Assembly: GCA_000004985.1 (NCBI GenBank) | Contig: GG739061.1 | Origin: Naegleria gruberi | Taxonomy: Eukaryota | Reading direction: 5' to 3' (one strand) | Length of the DNA: 8,540 nt | Part shown: in pieces, positions 1 to 7,974 of the stretch | Layout: the number at the start of each line of letters is the position of its first letter | Numbering within the stretch: position 1 is the first letter of the stretch | Made by a program: the position numbers and the translations under genes | Notes under the pieces: model-generated | What the model was told of the DNA's origin: nothing | The model's database searches: none | What the model saw: only the letters and a program-made list of their open reading frames with translations

Positions 1-27
1 AAGTCTATTTTTATTCTTCAACTTCTG

Positions 28-57
28 GTGTGAAACATTTTTTCACACTTTTAAATA
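28..57 (+). promoter_or_regulatory. Perfect 8-bp inverted repeat GTGTGAAA-cattt-TTTCACAC followed by TATA-like TTTAAATA, ~80-110 nt upstream of ORF1 ATG
   Basis: The inverted-repeat arms are 28-35 and 41-48. TTTAAATA is at 50-57. Confidence 0.3.
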
Positions 58-137
58 GAAAATTGCAAGCTGAAATTCAAGAAAATCCAAAACAAAAAAA
101 AGATCCATTGATCATCAACCTAACTGTGTAAAAAATC

Positions 138-779
138 ATGACCGTAAAAATCCTCCCTGTAAATAATACTGCCACCAATCAAACTAAATATTTCCTTTCT
201 AAGAATGAACAAATTGCTGAAGAAGAAACAATTTGGCTAAAGAAAAAGGAACGTTTTCTAACTTGTAAGGAAGCAATTAATAGAATCATGTGGGATTCTG
301 ATTTAAATGATGCCTATCTTCACTTGTCAATGATTTACAAAGACAGATTTGAAGGTGACACTTTTATTTCATATGAAGAATTCTTAAATAGTGATTTGGC
401 TGAAGAACTTCCACAACACCGAATTCAACAATTGATTTATAGAGATGAATATGTATTCTGGGATAAGAATAATAGAATTGACATGTTGTCAAATGGTCAA
501 TTGGGAGAATTGATTTTGAAATTCAAAAAGGAAGAACAAGAAAGAATTGCTAGAGAACATGCTGAATTCACAACTGTTTTACAACCAACAACTCCAGAAA
601 CCTCAACTTTAAAATCTTGTTCACAAAAGAAGAATAAGAAGAATAAGAAAATTATGAAGGAATTTGTTAGAAATCAAGAAACAGGCAAACAAATTGTTTC
701 ATCTATTGACGAGGATGATGAGTATGAACAATATATGGAAGAATATGATGAACAATATTCAATCTATTCTAAATATTAA
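138..779 (+). CDS. Intronless 213-aa hypothetical protein, possibly an MJ1316/DUF504-like RNA-end recognition domain, with a basic KKNKKNKK patch and an acidic Tyr-rich C-tail
   Basis: The frame is uninterrupted and this is the first ATG after an in-frame TAA at 129-131, with A at -3. The stop at 777-779 overlaps an AATAAA at 779-784. The 'RIMWDSDLN...LPQHRIQQLIYRDEYVFWDKNNRID' block resembles the MJ1316 domain consensus as I remember it. That match is unverified. Confidence 0.6.
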   Translation: MTVKILPVNNTATNQTKYFLSKNEQIAEEETIWLKKKERFLTCKEAINRIMWDSDLNDAYLHLSMIYKDRFEGDTFISYEEFLNSDLAEELPQHRIQQLIYRDEYVFWDKNNRIDMLSNGQLGELILKFKKEEQERIAREHAEFTTVLQPTTPETSTLKSCSQKKNKKNKKIMKEFVRNQETGKQIVSSIDEDDEYEQYMEEYDEQYSIYSKY

Positions 780-784
780 ATAAA
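779..784 (+). promoter_or_regulatory. AATAAA poly(A) signal overlapping stop of ORF 138-779
   Basis: The sequence is tattAAATAAAttg and the stop codon is 777-779. Confidence 0.5.
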
Positions 785-967
785 TTGTTAAACAATTTGT
801 GCAATAGTCATATCTACCTTTGGAGCTTCAACACTAACTGCAGTATTCTTTACATTCCAACAATTAACCAACCTGGTAGGCCACTAAAACTACTAAAACT
901 GTGAACATACTATCCACACTTGAGAGTGAAAATGTGGCTCCACATAGATTTATGAAGATTAGAAACC

Positions 968-973
968 TTTATT
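968..973 (-). promoter_or_regulatory. AATAAA poly(A) signal of CLC gene, 1 nt after TAA stop
   Basis: The minus strand reads TAA-G-AATAAA-GG. Confidence 0.5.
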
Positions 974-974
974 C

Positions 975-1945
975 TTACACTACTATTATTTGATTTCTTT
1001 CTCTTGCAGAAACAGTATTAATGAGCATTTGTCTTGCCAATTGTCCCATCAATCTGCCTTTCCACACCACAAATGCTTCATCCAAACACAATTGAGAAAA
1101 GAGCATGTGAGCTCTCTGAGCTGATTGAGACTCGGAAATTGTAATATCACATGTTTCATATTCAATTCGAATAATATCAGTTTCATCACGATCTTGCAAT
1201 TCGAAACTGGCATACCCAGCCATATTAGTTGCAGAAGAATCATTTCCATCATTTGCTGATCCATATCCTTCATCAGATATTGGTGCAAAATTTGATGCTT
1301 GAGTGATTTCCTTTCCTGAATTATTCAATCTAGCTTTCATTAGATTATATTGAAATTCCAAAGATTTCAGATGCACTTGTCCTAATAGAACCAAATTGTC
1401 CTTACTTGAAACAACGGGTAAAATCTTTGGTAATTTCTTCTTTTGTAAGAGGAGTTCAAGATCTCTCATTGAAACATTCTCTTCCAAAATGTCTAGTTTA
1501 TCGACAGATGTCATAATATTGGTAACTTTCAAATCTTCTGAATCTGTCATACTCTCCAATAATGCTGGCCATCCCTTTACCTTAATACTGGTATCATAAA
1601 AGTTTGCTGTGCACAATCTTGAAATTCTGACAGCTATCAAAGCAGCCATTAAACTTGGAAGATAAACAGCAACACCAACAATTTCAAGGAAGATGAAAAC
1701 AGTTGAAAATGCATGTGTGGCTGATGCTGTCAATGCCACAATACCAACAACTGCATAAGCTCCTGCATAAATTGGTTGTCCAGCAACAAATCCATTTGGA
1801 AATATAATTGCCACTATTTCTCCAAAGAATCTTCCACATCCAGCTCCAATAATAACTAGTGGAATGTATGTTCCTCCTGGAAGTGGCAAACTCATTGAAA
1901 AAATTGTGAATATCAATCGAATCACAATGAAAATGGCAAGAGAGG
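975..1945 (-). CDS. CLC terminal coding exon (from gap to stop): GxFxP-region, helix R, and two C-terminal CBS domains
   Basis: The frame is open from the gap edge (1945) to TAA at 977-975. It contains '..LPLPGGTYIPLVIIGAGCGRFFGE..PIYAGAYAVVGIVALTASATHAFSTVFIFLEIVGVAVYLPSLMAAL..YDTSIKVKGWPAL', which corresponds to CLC helices N-R. A CBS-like 'VTNIMTSV...LPKILPVVSSKDNLVLLGQVHLKSL' and a second CBS-like segment follow. The track's 'M' at 1925 is a GTG, not a start. Confidence 0.85.
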
Positions 1946-2320
1946 NNNNNNNNNNNNNNNNNNNNNNNNNNNNNNNNNNNNNNNNNNNNNNNNNNNNNNN
2001 NNNNNNNNNNNNNNNNNNNNNNNNNNNNNNNNNNNNNNNNNNNNNNNNNNNNNNNNNNNNNNNNNNNNNNNNNNNNNNNNNNNNNNNNNNNNNNNNNNNN
2101 NNNNNNNNNNNNNNNNNNNNNNNNNNNNNNNNNNNNNNNNNNNNNNNNNNNNNNNNNNNNNNNNNNNNNNNNNNNNNNNNNNNNNNNNNNNNNNNNNNNN
2201 NNNNNNNNNNNNNNNNNNNNNNNNNNNNNNNNNNNNNNNNNNNNNNNNNNNNNNNNNNNNNNNNNNNNNNNNNNNNNNNNNNNNNNNNNNNNNNNNNNNN
2301 NNNNNNNNNNNNNNNNNNNN
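1946..2320. other. Assembly gap (375 N) inside CLC gene
   Basis: A continuous run of N. The missing region should hold CLC helices F-M, including the 'proton glutamate' region. Confidence 0.99.
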
Positions 2321-2397
2321 GCTACCAATAGGTTTAAATATTGGAATTTTGAGCATGTTGTTGATTAGGAGAGCGCCAATATGAGCCGAAGGTCCAA
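2321..2397 (-). CDS. CLC coding exon 3, 5' part (continues into assembly gap)
   Basis: Acceptor tctcaaAG|TTGGACC is the only AG in the 44-nt intron. The phase-1 junction gives G+TT = Val, so the reading is 'GK-VGPSAHIGALLINNMLKIPIFKPIGS', the CLC GK(E)GP..H.GA block. It stays open into the N-run. Confidence 0.7.
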
Positions 2398-2441
2398 CTT
2401 TGAGATTCGAATAAAAATTATTTGACATTTTGCAAACTTAC
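2398..2441 (-). other. Spliceosomal intron 2 of CLC gene (44 nt, GTAAGT...CAAAG)
   Basis: Consensus GTAAGT donor and a single possible AG acceptor. Without splicing, the downstream CLC 'VGPSAHIGA' block is lost. Confidence 0.7.
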
Positions 2442-2525
2442 CTTTACCAAAAAACATTCCAGTTCCCAAAACCGCTGGAAGTGTAATAATTTTTACAAGA
2501 AATGTTTTGAAACTGAGAGGATCTT
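2442..2525 (-). CDS. CLC coding exon 2 (84 nt, phase 1-1)
   Basis: Acceptor ctcctttAG|AAGATCC and donor GGTAAAG|GTAAGTTT. Spliced to exon 1 it reads 'GSGIPAIKG-EDPLSFKTFLVKIITLPAVLGTGMFFGK', which matches the CLC helix D-E region. The unspliced ORF would hit a stop at 2558. Confidence 0.75.
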
Positions 2526-2613
2526 CTAAAGGAGTACCATTTAAAATAGCTAAATAATTATTCGAAAGATGTCACACATTCGAATAAAACTAATTTCAGT
2601 TGAAAACACTTAC
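2526..2613 (-). other. Spliceosomal intron 1 of CLC gene (88 nt, GTAAGT...TTTAG)
   Basis: It has a canonical donor and acceptor. Removing it restores a conserved CLC reading frame. Confidence 0.75.
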
Positions 2614-3337
2614 CTTTAATAGCTGGAATACCAGATCCCTCCGAAGCAGGCGCAATGAAAATCGTCATCATTAAACTCACATACATAAACACCAAATTAA
2701 ACAAAATCCACAAAACTAAACGTAATCCGAAATAACTATTCGAATCGAATGCATTTATCAAAGTCAACCTTCCCTGAAACATGTATTTGACAATCAAATC
2801 ATGCGTATAAATAATCACTCCACCAACAAATCCACAAACTGTTAGAAATGTCCAAGTATATTTCTTTCGTCTAATTCCTTTTAGACCTTTCTTCCAATTT
2901 TGAGTTTCTACATAATTTACATTCGAAGCATTCTTTAAATTTGTTAGAATTACTTTCGTTTCCATGTCGTCAAGAGTTGTTACGGTAGAGGATGCAGTCA
3001 ATCCTGTTTTTTTGCTAGTTTCGTTTGGAGTGATTGTGCTATCCGAAACAACATTAGGTTTCGTCGACTGTTTGTTAGAGTCATCCTTTGTGTCGTCGTT
3101 ATTGTTGTCGTTGTTGTGAATGGTCACGGTGGGTGAGACAACATCTGTGATCATTGCGTTTGTTGTTGTATTTTTTTTGCTTGAGAGAATCGTCCAATCT
3201 TTCGTATAAAACCATTTGGGGATTTTTTCAAAAGTGGTACCGTGAATTGATTTGTTTAGTACAGTGGAACTATATTTGAGTACATTGCATCTTAAATTGA
3301 ATTTATATGTAAATTGTTGAAAATTTTGAGAAATCAT
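2614..3337 (-). CDS. CLC chloride channel/transporter, coding exon 1 (N-terminus through GSGIP motif)
   Basis: ATG at 3337 is preceded by an in-frame TGA three codons upstream. The translation ends '...IAPASEGSGIPAIK', which is the CLC GSGIP selectivity-filter motif. The exon ends ATTAAAG|GTAAGT, a consensus donor at 2613-2608 on the minus strand. An Asn/Asp-rich N-terminal cytoplasmic tail is present. Confidence 0.85.
3092..3118. repeat. Imperfect GTY trinucleotide run (gtcgtcgttattgttgtcgttgttgtg) encoding N/D-rich low-complexity tract of CLC N-terminus
   Basis: Seen directly in the sequence. On the minus strand it encodes 'HNNDNNNDDTKDD'. Confidence 0.6.
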
Positions 3338-3374
3338 TTTCTTTCATTCTTGTAATTCTTGTAAATTCAAAAAA

Positions 3375-3384
3375 TTTATTTAAA
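3375..3384 (-). promoter_or_regulatory. TATA-like element (TTTAAATAAA) ~40-47 nt upstream of CLC ATG
   Basis: The minus strand reads ttttTTTAAATAAAtttttt. Its position suits a core promoter. Confidence 0.35.
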
Positions 3385-3444
3385 AAATGACCACAGCAAA
3401 AGAAAATAAAAATTATCATTAATTAATGGTGGAAAGGAGATGTC

Positions 3445-3460
3445 AAACGCCACTTGACAT
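3445..3460 (+). promoter_or_regulatory. Copy 1 of 16-mer AAACGCCACTTGACAT in divergent CLC/LRR promoter (embedded in TGTCAA-N7-TTGACA inverted repeat)
   Basis: It matches the copy at 3600-3615 at 14 of 16 positions. It contains an E-box-like CACTTG. Confidence 0.3.
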
Positions 3461-3599
3461 GAAGTGAGACAAAGAAATGAAACTAAACTCCATACGATTC
3501 TTTCATATTTGTTGCCCAAAATTGCTTAGTGAAGAACTAATATCATACCAATCCAGTGATTGTCAATTTTCCTTGCCTTTTGCAATCAAACTCATCAAG

Positions 3600-3615
3600 A
3601 AACGCCACCTGTCAT
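3600..3615 (+). promoter_or_regulatory. Copy 2 of 16-mer AAACGCCACCTGTCAT, 25 nt upstream of LRR gene ATG
   Basis: Direct repeat of 3445-3460 with a CACCTG E-box core. Confidence 0.3.
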
Positions 3616-3639
3616 TACAATAAAACAATTAATAAAAAA

Positions 3640-4452
3640 ATGAGAAAATCTGTCATGTTCTTTGGCTCCAAACTTAATAGAAACGAAGCCGATGAACAAT
3701 ACCTTCCCTACACCAACCATCGACACTCCAAAATGTTCGGTACCATTACTTCTTCGACTGTCAACAATCAAAATAATTCTTTAAATTTCACATTACCAAG
3801 AATTATAAATATTGACATGAAGGATCCTCTGAAATGTTTTGAATTTATTAATAATTGTGAAAAGGGTGCATTTAATGTCCATGCCATTGAATTTTCACAC
3901 GTTCAATATTTATTACAACAATTAGTTTGCAGTAATTCGATTTATAGTGAACTGCCAATATTTCACATCAAAAAGCAAGATAGAGTTTCACTTGATTTAT
4001 CAGTGAGTGTATCACCATCGACTCCAATTTCGACATCTCGAAGAGAAACAGTCAGTGGAAGTGGTGGATATTTAACTCCAAATTCACCAAATTTTGATGA
4101 TAATTCAAGTTCGAGTAGTTTGGGGTCAACTTTTACTAATCCTTCAATTCCAAATAAGGATTTACCAAGTATTAGCACTGGTTTGAATGAGAGGAAGGTT
4201 TCTGGATTTGGAAAGTTGAAGAAAATATTTCAGAAAGTTTCGCCTTCAACTCCTTCTTCTCCAAAAAAGAAAAGGGCAAAAGTTTTGAAGAATTTATTCG
4301 ATTCCATGCCTAATTTGACTAAATTGACCATGACAGAGAGTTTTGCAAATGAGATGGAGGCAGATTCATTTGAAGGTTATTCATTTGGTCATTTATGTGA
4401 ATATTTAACAAGTAGTGCAGTAACTTCCTTGACAGGTTTGACAAGTTTAGAA
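3640..4452 (+). CDS. N-terminal part of large LRR-containing protein: unique N-terminal region, Ser/Pro-rich linker with SV40-like NLS (SPKKKRAKV), onset of leucine-rich repeats; continues into gap
   Basis: This is the first ATG (3640, A at -3) in a frame open from 3556 (a GTG) to the gap. The sequence 'LKNLFDSMPNLTKLTMTESF...GHLCEYLTSSAVTSLTGLTSLE' is LRR-like and PKKKRAK is NLS-like. The N-terminal 150 aa shows no CARD, PYD, TIR or F-box. Confidence 0.6.
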
Positions 4453-7365
4453 NNNNNNNNNNNNNNNNNNNNNNNNNNNNNNNNNNNNNNNNNNNNNNNN
4501 NNNNNNNNNNNNNNNNNNNNNNNNNNNNNNNNNNNNNNNNNNNNNNNNNNNNNNNNNNNNNNNNNNNNNNNNNNNNNNNNNNNNNNNNNNNNNNNNNNNN
4601 NNNNNNNNNNNNNNNNNNNNNNNNNNNNNNNNNNNNNNNNNNNNNNNNNNNNNNNNNNNNNNNNNNNNNNNNNNNNNNNNNNNNNNNNNNNNNNNNNNNN
4701 NNNNNNNNNNNNNNNNNNNNNNNNNNNNNNNNNNNNNNNNNNNNNNNNNNNNNNNNNNNNNNNNNNNNNNNNNNNNNNNNNNNNNNNNNNNNNNNNNNNN
4801 NNNNNNNNNNNNNNNNNNNNNNNNNNNNNNNNNNNNNNNNNNNNNNNNNNNNNNNNNNNNNNNNNNNNNNNNNNNNNNNNNNNNNNNNNNNNNNNNNNNN
4901 NNNNNNNNNNNNNNNNNNNNNNNNNNNNNNNNNNNNNNNNNNNNNNNNNNNNNNNNNNNNNNNNNNNNNNNNNNNNNNNNNNNNNNNNNNNNNNNNNNNN
5001 NNNNNNNNNNNNNNNNNNNNNNNNNNNNNNNNNNNNNNNNNNNNNNNNNNNNNNNNNNNNNNNNNNNNNNNNNNNNNNNNNNNNNNNNNNNNNNNNNNNN
5101 NNNNNNNNNNNNNNNNNNNNNNNNNNNNNNNNNNNNNNNNNNNNNNNNNNNNNNNNNNNNNNNNNNNNNNNNNNNNNNNNNNNNNNNNNNNNNNNNNNNN
5201 NNNNNNNNNNNNNNNNNNNNNNNNNNNNNNNNNNNNNNNNNNNNNNNNNNNNNNNNNNNNNNNNNNNNNNNNNNNNNNNNNNNNNNNNNNNNNNNNNNNN
5301 NNNNNNNNNNNNNNNNNNNNNNNNNNNNNNNNNNNNNNNNNNNNNNNNNNNNNNNNNNNNNNNNNNNNNNNNNNNNNNNNNNNNNNNNNNNNNNNNNNNN
5401 NNNNNNNNNNNNNNNNNNNNNNNNNNNNNNNNNNNNNNNNNNNNNNNNNNNNNNNNNNNNNNNNNNNNNNNNNNNNNNNNNNNNNNNNNNNNNNNNNNNN
5501 NNNNNNNNNNNNNNNNNNNNNNNNNNNNNNNNNNNNNNNNNNNNNNNNNNNNNNNNNNNNNNNNNNNNNNNNNNNNNNNNNNNNNNNNNNNNNNNNNNNN
5601 NNNNNNNNNNNNNNNNNNNNNNNNNNNNNNNNNNNNNNNNNNNNNNNNNNNNNNNNNNNNNNNNNNNNNNNNNNNNNNNNNNNNNNNNNNNNNNNNNNNN
5701 NNNNNNNNNNNNNNNNNNNNNNNNNNNNNNNNNNNNNNNNNNNNNNNNNNNNNNNNNNNNNNNNNNNNNNNNNNNNNNNNNNNNNNNNNNNNNNNNNNNN
5801 NNNNNNNNNNNNNNNNNNNNNNNNNNNNNNNNNNNNNNNNNNNNNNNNNNNNNNNNNNNNNNNNNNNNNNNNNNNNNNNNNNNNNNNNNNNNNNNNNNNN
5901 NNNNNNNNNNNNNNNNNNNNNNNNNNNNNNNNNNNNNNNNNNNNNNNNNNNNNNNNNNNNNNNNNNNNNNNNNNNNNNNNNNNNNNNNNNNNNNNNNNNN
6001 NNNNNNNNNNNNNNNNNNNNNNNNNNNNNNNNNNNNNNNNNNNNNNNNNNNNNNNNNNNNNNNNNNNNNNNNNNNNNNNNNNNNNNNNNNNNNNNNNNNN
6101 NNNNNNNNNNNNNNNNNNNNNNNNNNNNNNNNNNNNNNNNNNNNNNNNNNNNNNNNNNNNNNNNNNNNNNNNNNNNNNNNNNNNNNNNNNNNNNNNNNNN
6201 NNNNNNNNNNNNNNNNNNNNNNNNNNNNNNNNNNNNNNNNNNNNNNNNNNNNNNNNNNNNNNNNNNNNNNNNNNNNNNNNNNNNNNNNNNNNNNNNNNNN
6301 NNNNNNNNNNNNNNNNNNNNNNNNNNNNNNNNNNNNNNNNNNNNNNNNNNNNNNNNNNNNNNNNNNNNNNNNNNNNNNNNNNNNNNNNNNNNNNNNNNNN
6401 NNNNNNNNNNNNNNNNNNNNNNNNNNNNNNNNNNNNNNNNNNNNNNNNNNNNNNNNNNNNNNNNNNNNNNNNNNNNNNNNNNNNNNNNNNNNNNNNNNNN
6501 NNNNNNNNNNNNNNNNNNNNNNNNNNNNNNNNNNNNNNNNNNNNNNNNNNNNNNNNNNNNNNNNNNNNNNNNNNNNNNNNNNNNNNNNNNNNNNNNNNNN
6601 NNNNNNNNNNNNNNNNNNNNNNNNNNNNNNNNNNNNNNNNNNNNNNNNNNNNNNNNNNNNNNNNNNNNNNNNNNNNNNNNNNNNNNNNNNNNNNNNNNNN
6701 NNNNNNNNNNNNNNNNNNNNNNNNNNNNNNNNNNNNNNNNNNNNNNNNNNNNNNNNNNNNNNNNNNNNNNNNNNNNNNNNNNNNNNNNNNNNNNNNNNNN
6801 NNNNNNNNNNNNNNNNNNNNNNNNNNNNNNNNNNNNNNNNNNNNNNNNNNNNNNNNNNNNNNNNNNNNNNNNNNNNNNNNNNNNNNNNNNNNNNNNNNNN
6901 NNNNNNNNNNNNNNNNNNNNNNNNNNNNNNNNNNNNNNNNNNNNNNNNNNNNNNNNNNNNNNNNNNNNNNNNNNNNNNNNNNNNNNNNNNNNNNNNNNNN
7001 NNNNNNNNNNNNNNNNNNNNNNNNNNNNNNNNNNNNNNNNNNNNNNNNNNNNNNNNNNNNNNNNNNNNNNNNNNNNNNNNNNNNNNNNNNNNNNNNNNNN
7101 NNNNNNNNNNNNNNNNNNNNNNNNNNNNNNNNNNNNNNNNNNNNNNNNNNNNNNNNNNNNNNNNNNNNNNNNNNNNNNNNNNNNNNNNNNNNNNNNNNNN
7201 NNNNNNNNNNNNNNNNNNNNNNNNNNNNNNNNNNNNNNNNNNNNNNNNNNNNNNNNNNNNNNNNNNNNNNNNNNNNNNNNNNNNNNNNNNNNNNNNNNNN
7301 NNNNNNNNNNNNNNNNNNNNNNNNNNNNNNNNNNNNNNNNNNNNNNNNNNNNNNNNNNNNNNNNN
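4453..7365. other. Assembly gap (2913 N) inside the LRR-protein gene
   Basis: A continuous run of N. It hides the central domain(s) and most of the repeats. Confidence 0.99.
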
Positions 7366-7711
7366 ACTTCAGCACTTAACCATTTCGAGAAATAATGTTG
7401 GCAGCTCTGGTTGTCTCTATCTGAATGCACTTTCAAAATTGGAATACTTGGATCTTGTTGGAAATGACATTAGGGATGCAGGATGTGAAATATTATGTAA
7501 TGGATCACTGACAAACGTTCGAGTTTTCCTTTTGAATCAGAATTTAATTGGTTTGGAAGGTGTGAAATTCCTGTTGAATGCAGATTTTCCAAAATTGGAA
7601 GAAATTCACTTACAGGATGCCAAGGATGGATCTATTCATGCCAATACTATTGAAAGACAACCTCTGGTAGAGCTATATACTTCTCATAAGAGTAAGGTTA
7701 TCCTCAAATAA
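7366..7711 (+). CDS. C-terminal ribonuclease-inhibitor (RNI)-type leucine-rich repeats of LRR protein, to stop codon
   Basis: Open from the gap edge to TAA at 7709-7711. The translation '..LQHLTISRNNVGSSGCLYLNALSKLEYLDLVGNDIRDAGCEILCNGSLTNVRVFLLNQNLIGLEGVKFLLNADFPKLEEIHLQD..' has the L..L.L..N.Igd.G...L periodicity of RNI-like LRRs (NLRC/RanGAP type). AATAAA at 7707-7712 overlaps the stop. The frame differs from the N-terminal part, which means nothing across an N-run of arbitrary length. Confidence 0.65.
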
Positions 7712-7712
7712 A
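7707..7712 (+). promoter_or_regulatory. AATAAA poly(A) signal overlapping the TAA stop of the LRR gene
   Basis: The sequence is ctcaAATAAAtct. Confidence 0.5.
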
Positions 7713-7890
7713 TCTGACATTTAAAGTAATTCCAATCTCTTTATGAATTAACATTATAATTTTATCCAAAATTGAAAACCTCATCCCTGATTTCTTGCTG
7801 TTGTTGGTCTGTGGGTGTGGATGCTCCAAATTTAGATAAAGAAGATTTATTCTTTCACTTTAGAAACTAGAGTTTAAACATTTAGAACTG

Positions 7891-7896
7891 TTTATT
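7891..7896 (-). promoter_or_regulatory. AATAAA candidate poly(A) signal ~80 nt downstream of the small TM-protein gene stop
   Basis: The minus strand reads CCAATAAACAG. Confidence 0.35.
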
Positions 7897-7974
7897 GGAT
7901 TTACAAGAGATCGTGTGCTAATCATCATTAATATTAATATTTACATTACTATTTACAATATCTTAACAAATACC

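Noticed and set aside
1049-1599. Track ORFs 1049-1288 (-) and 1396-1599 (+)
   Set aside because: They are short, lie in alternative frames or on the opposite strand inside the well-supported CLC terminal exon, and have no recognisable features. They are spurious.
1923-1925. 'M' start of the CLC C-terminal ORF at 1925
   Set aside because: The codon is GTG and the reading frame stays open upstream into the gap (…SLAIFIVIRLIF…). It is an internal exon segment, not a start.
3556-3639. Extension of the LRR-gene CDS upstream to 3556 ('MIVNFPCLLQ...')
   Set aside because: Position 3556 is GTG and not ATG; the ORF finder accepts alternative starts. The first ATG is at 3640, in good context, so 3556-3639 is more likely 5' UTR.
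3963-4178. Track ORF 3963-4178 (-) of 71 aa
   Set aside because: It is antisense to the continuous LRR-gene N-terminal ORF and has no supporting signals.
4453-7365. Frame discordance between the N-terminal part (frame 1) and the C-terminal LRR (frame 2) as evidence for a pseudogene or two genes
   Set aside because: The N-run length is an arbitrary gap estimate, so frame continuity across it carries no information.
3640-7711. Calling the LRR gene an NLR (NACHT-LRR) or assigning a death-fold/TIR N-terminal domain
   Set aside because: The central region where NACHT/NB-ARC would lie is entirely N. The N-terminal 150 aa show no CARD, PYD, TIR or F-box signature that I can recognise. Only 'RNI-like LRR protein' is supportable.
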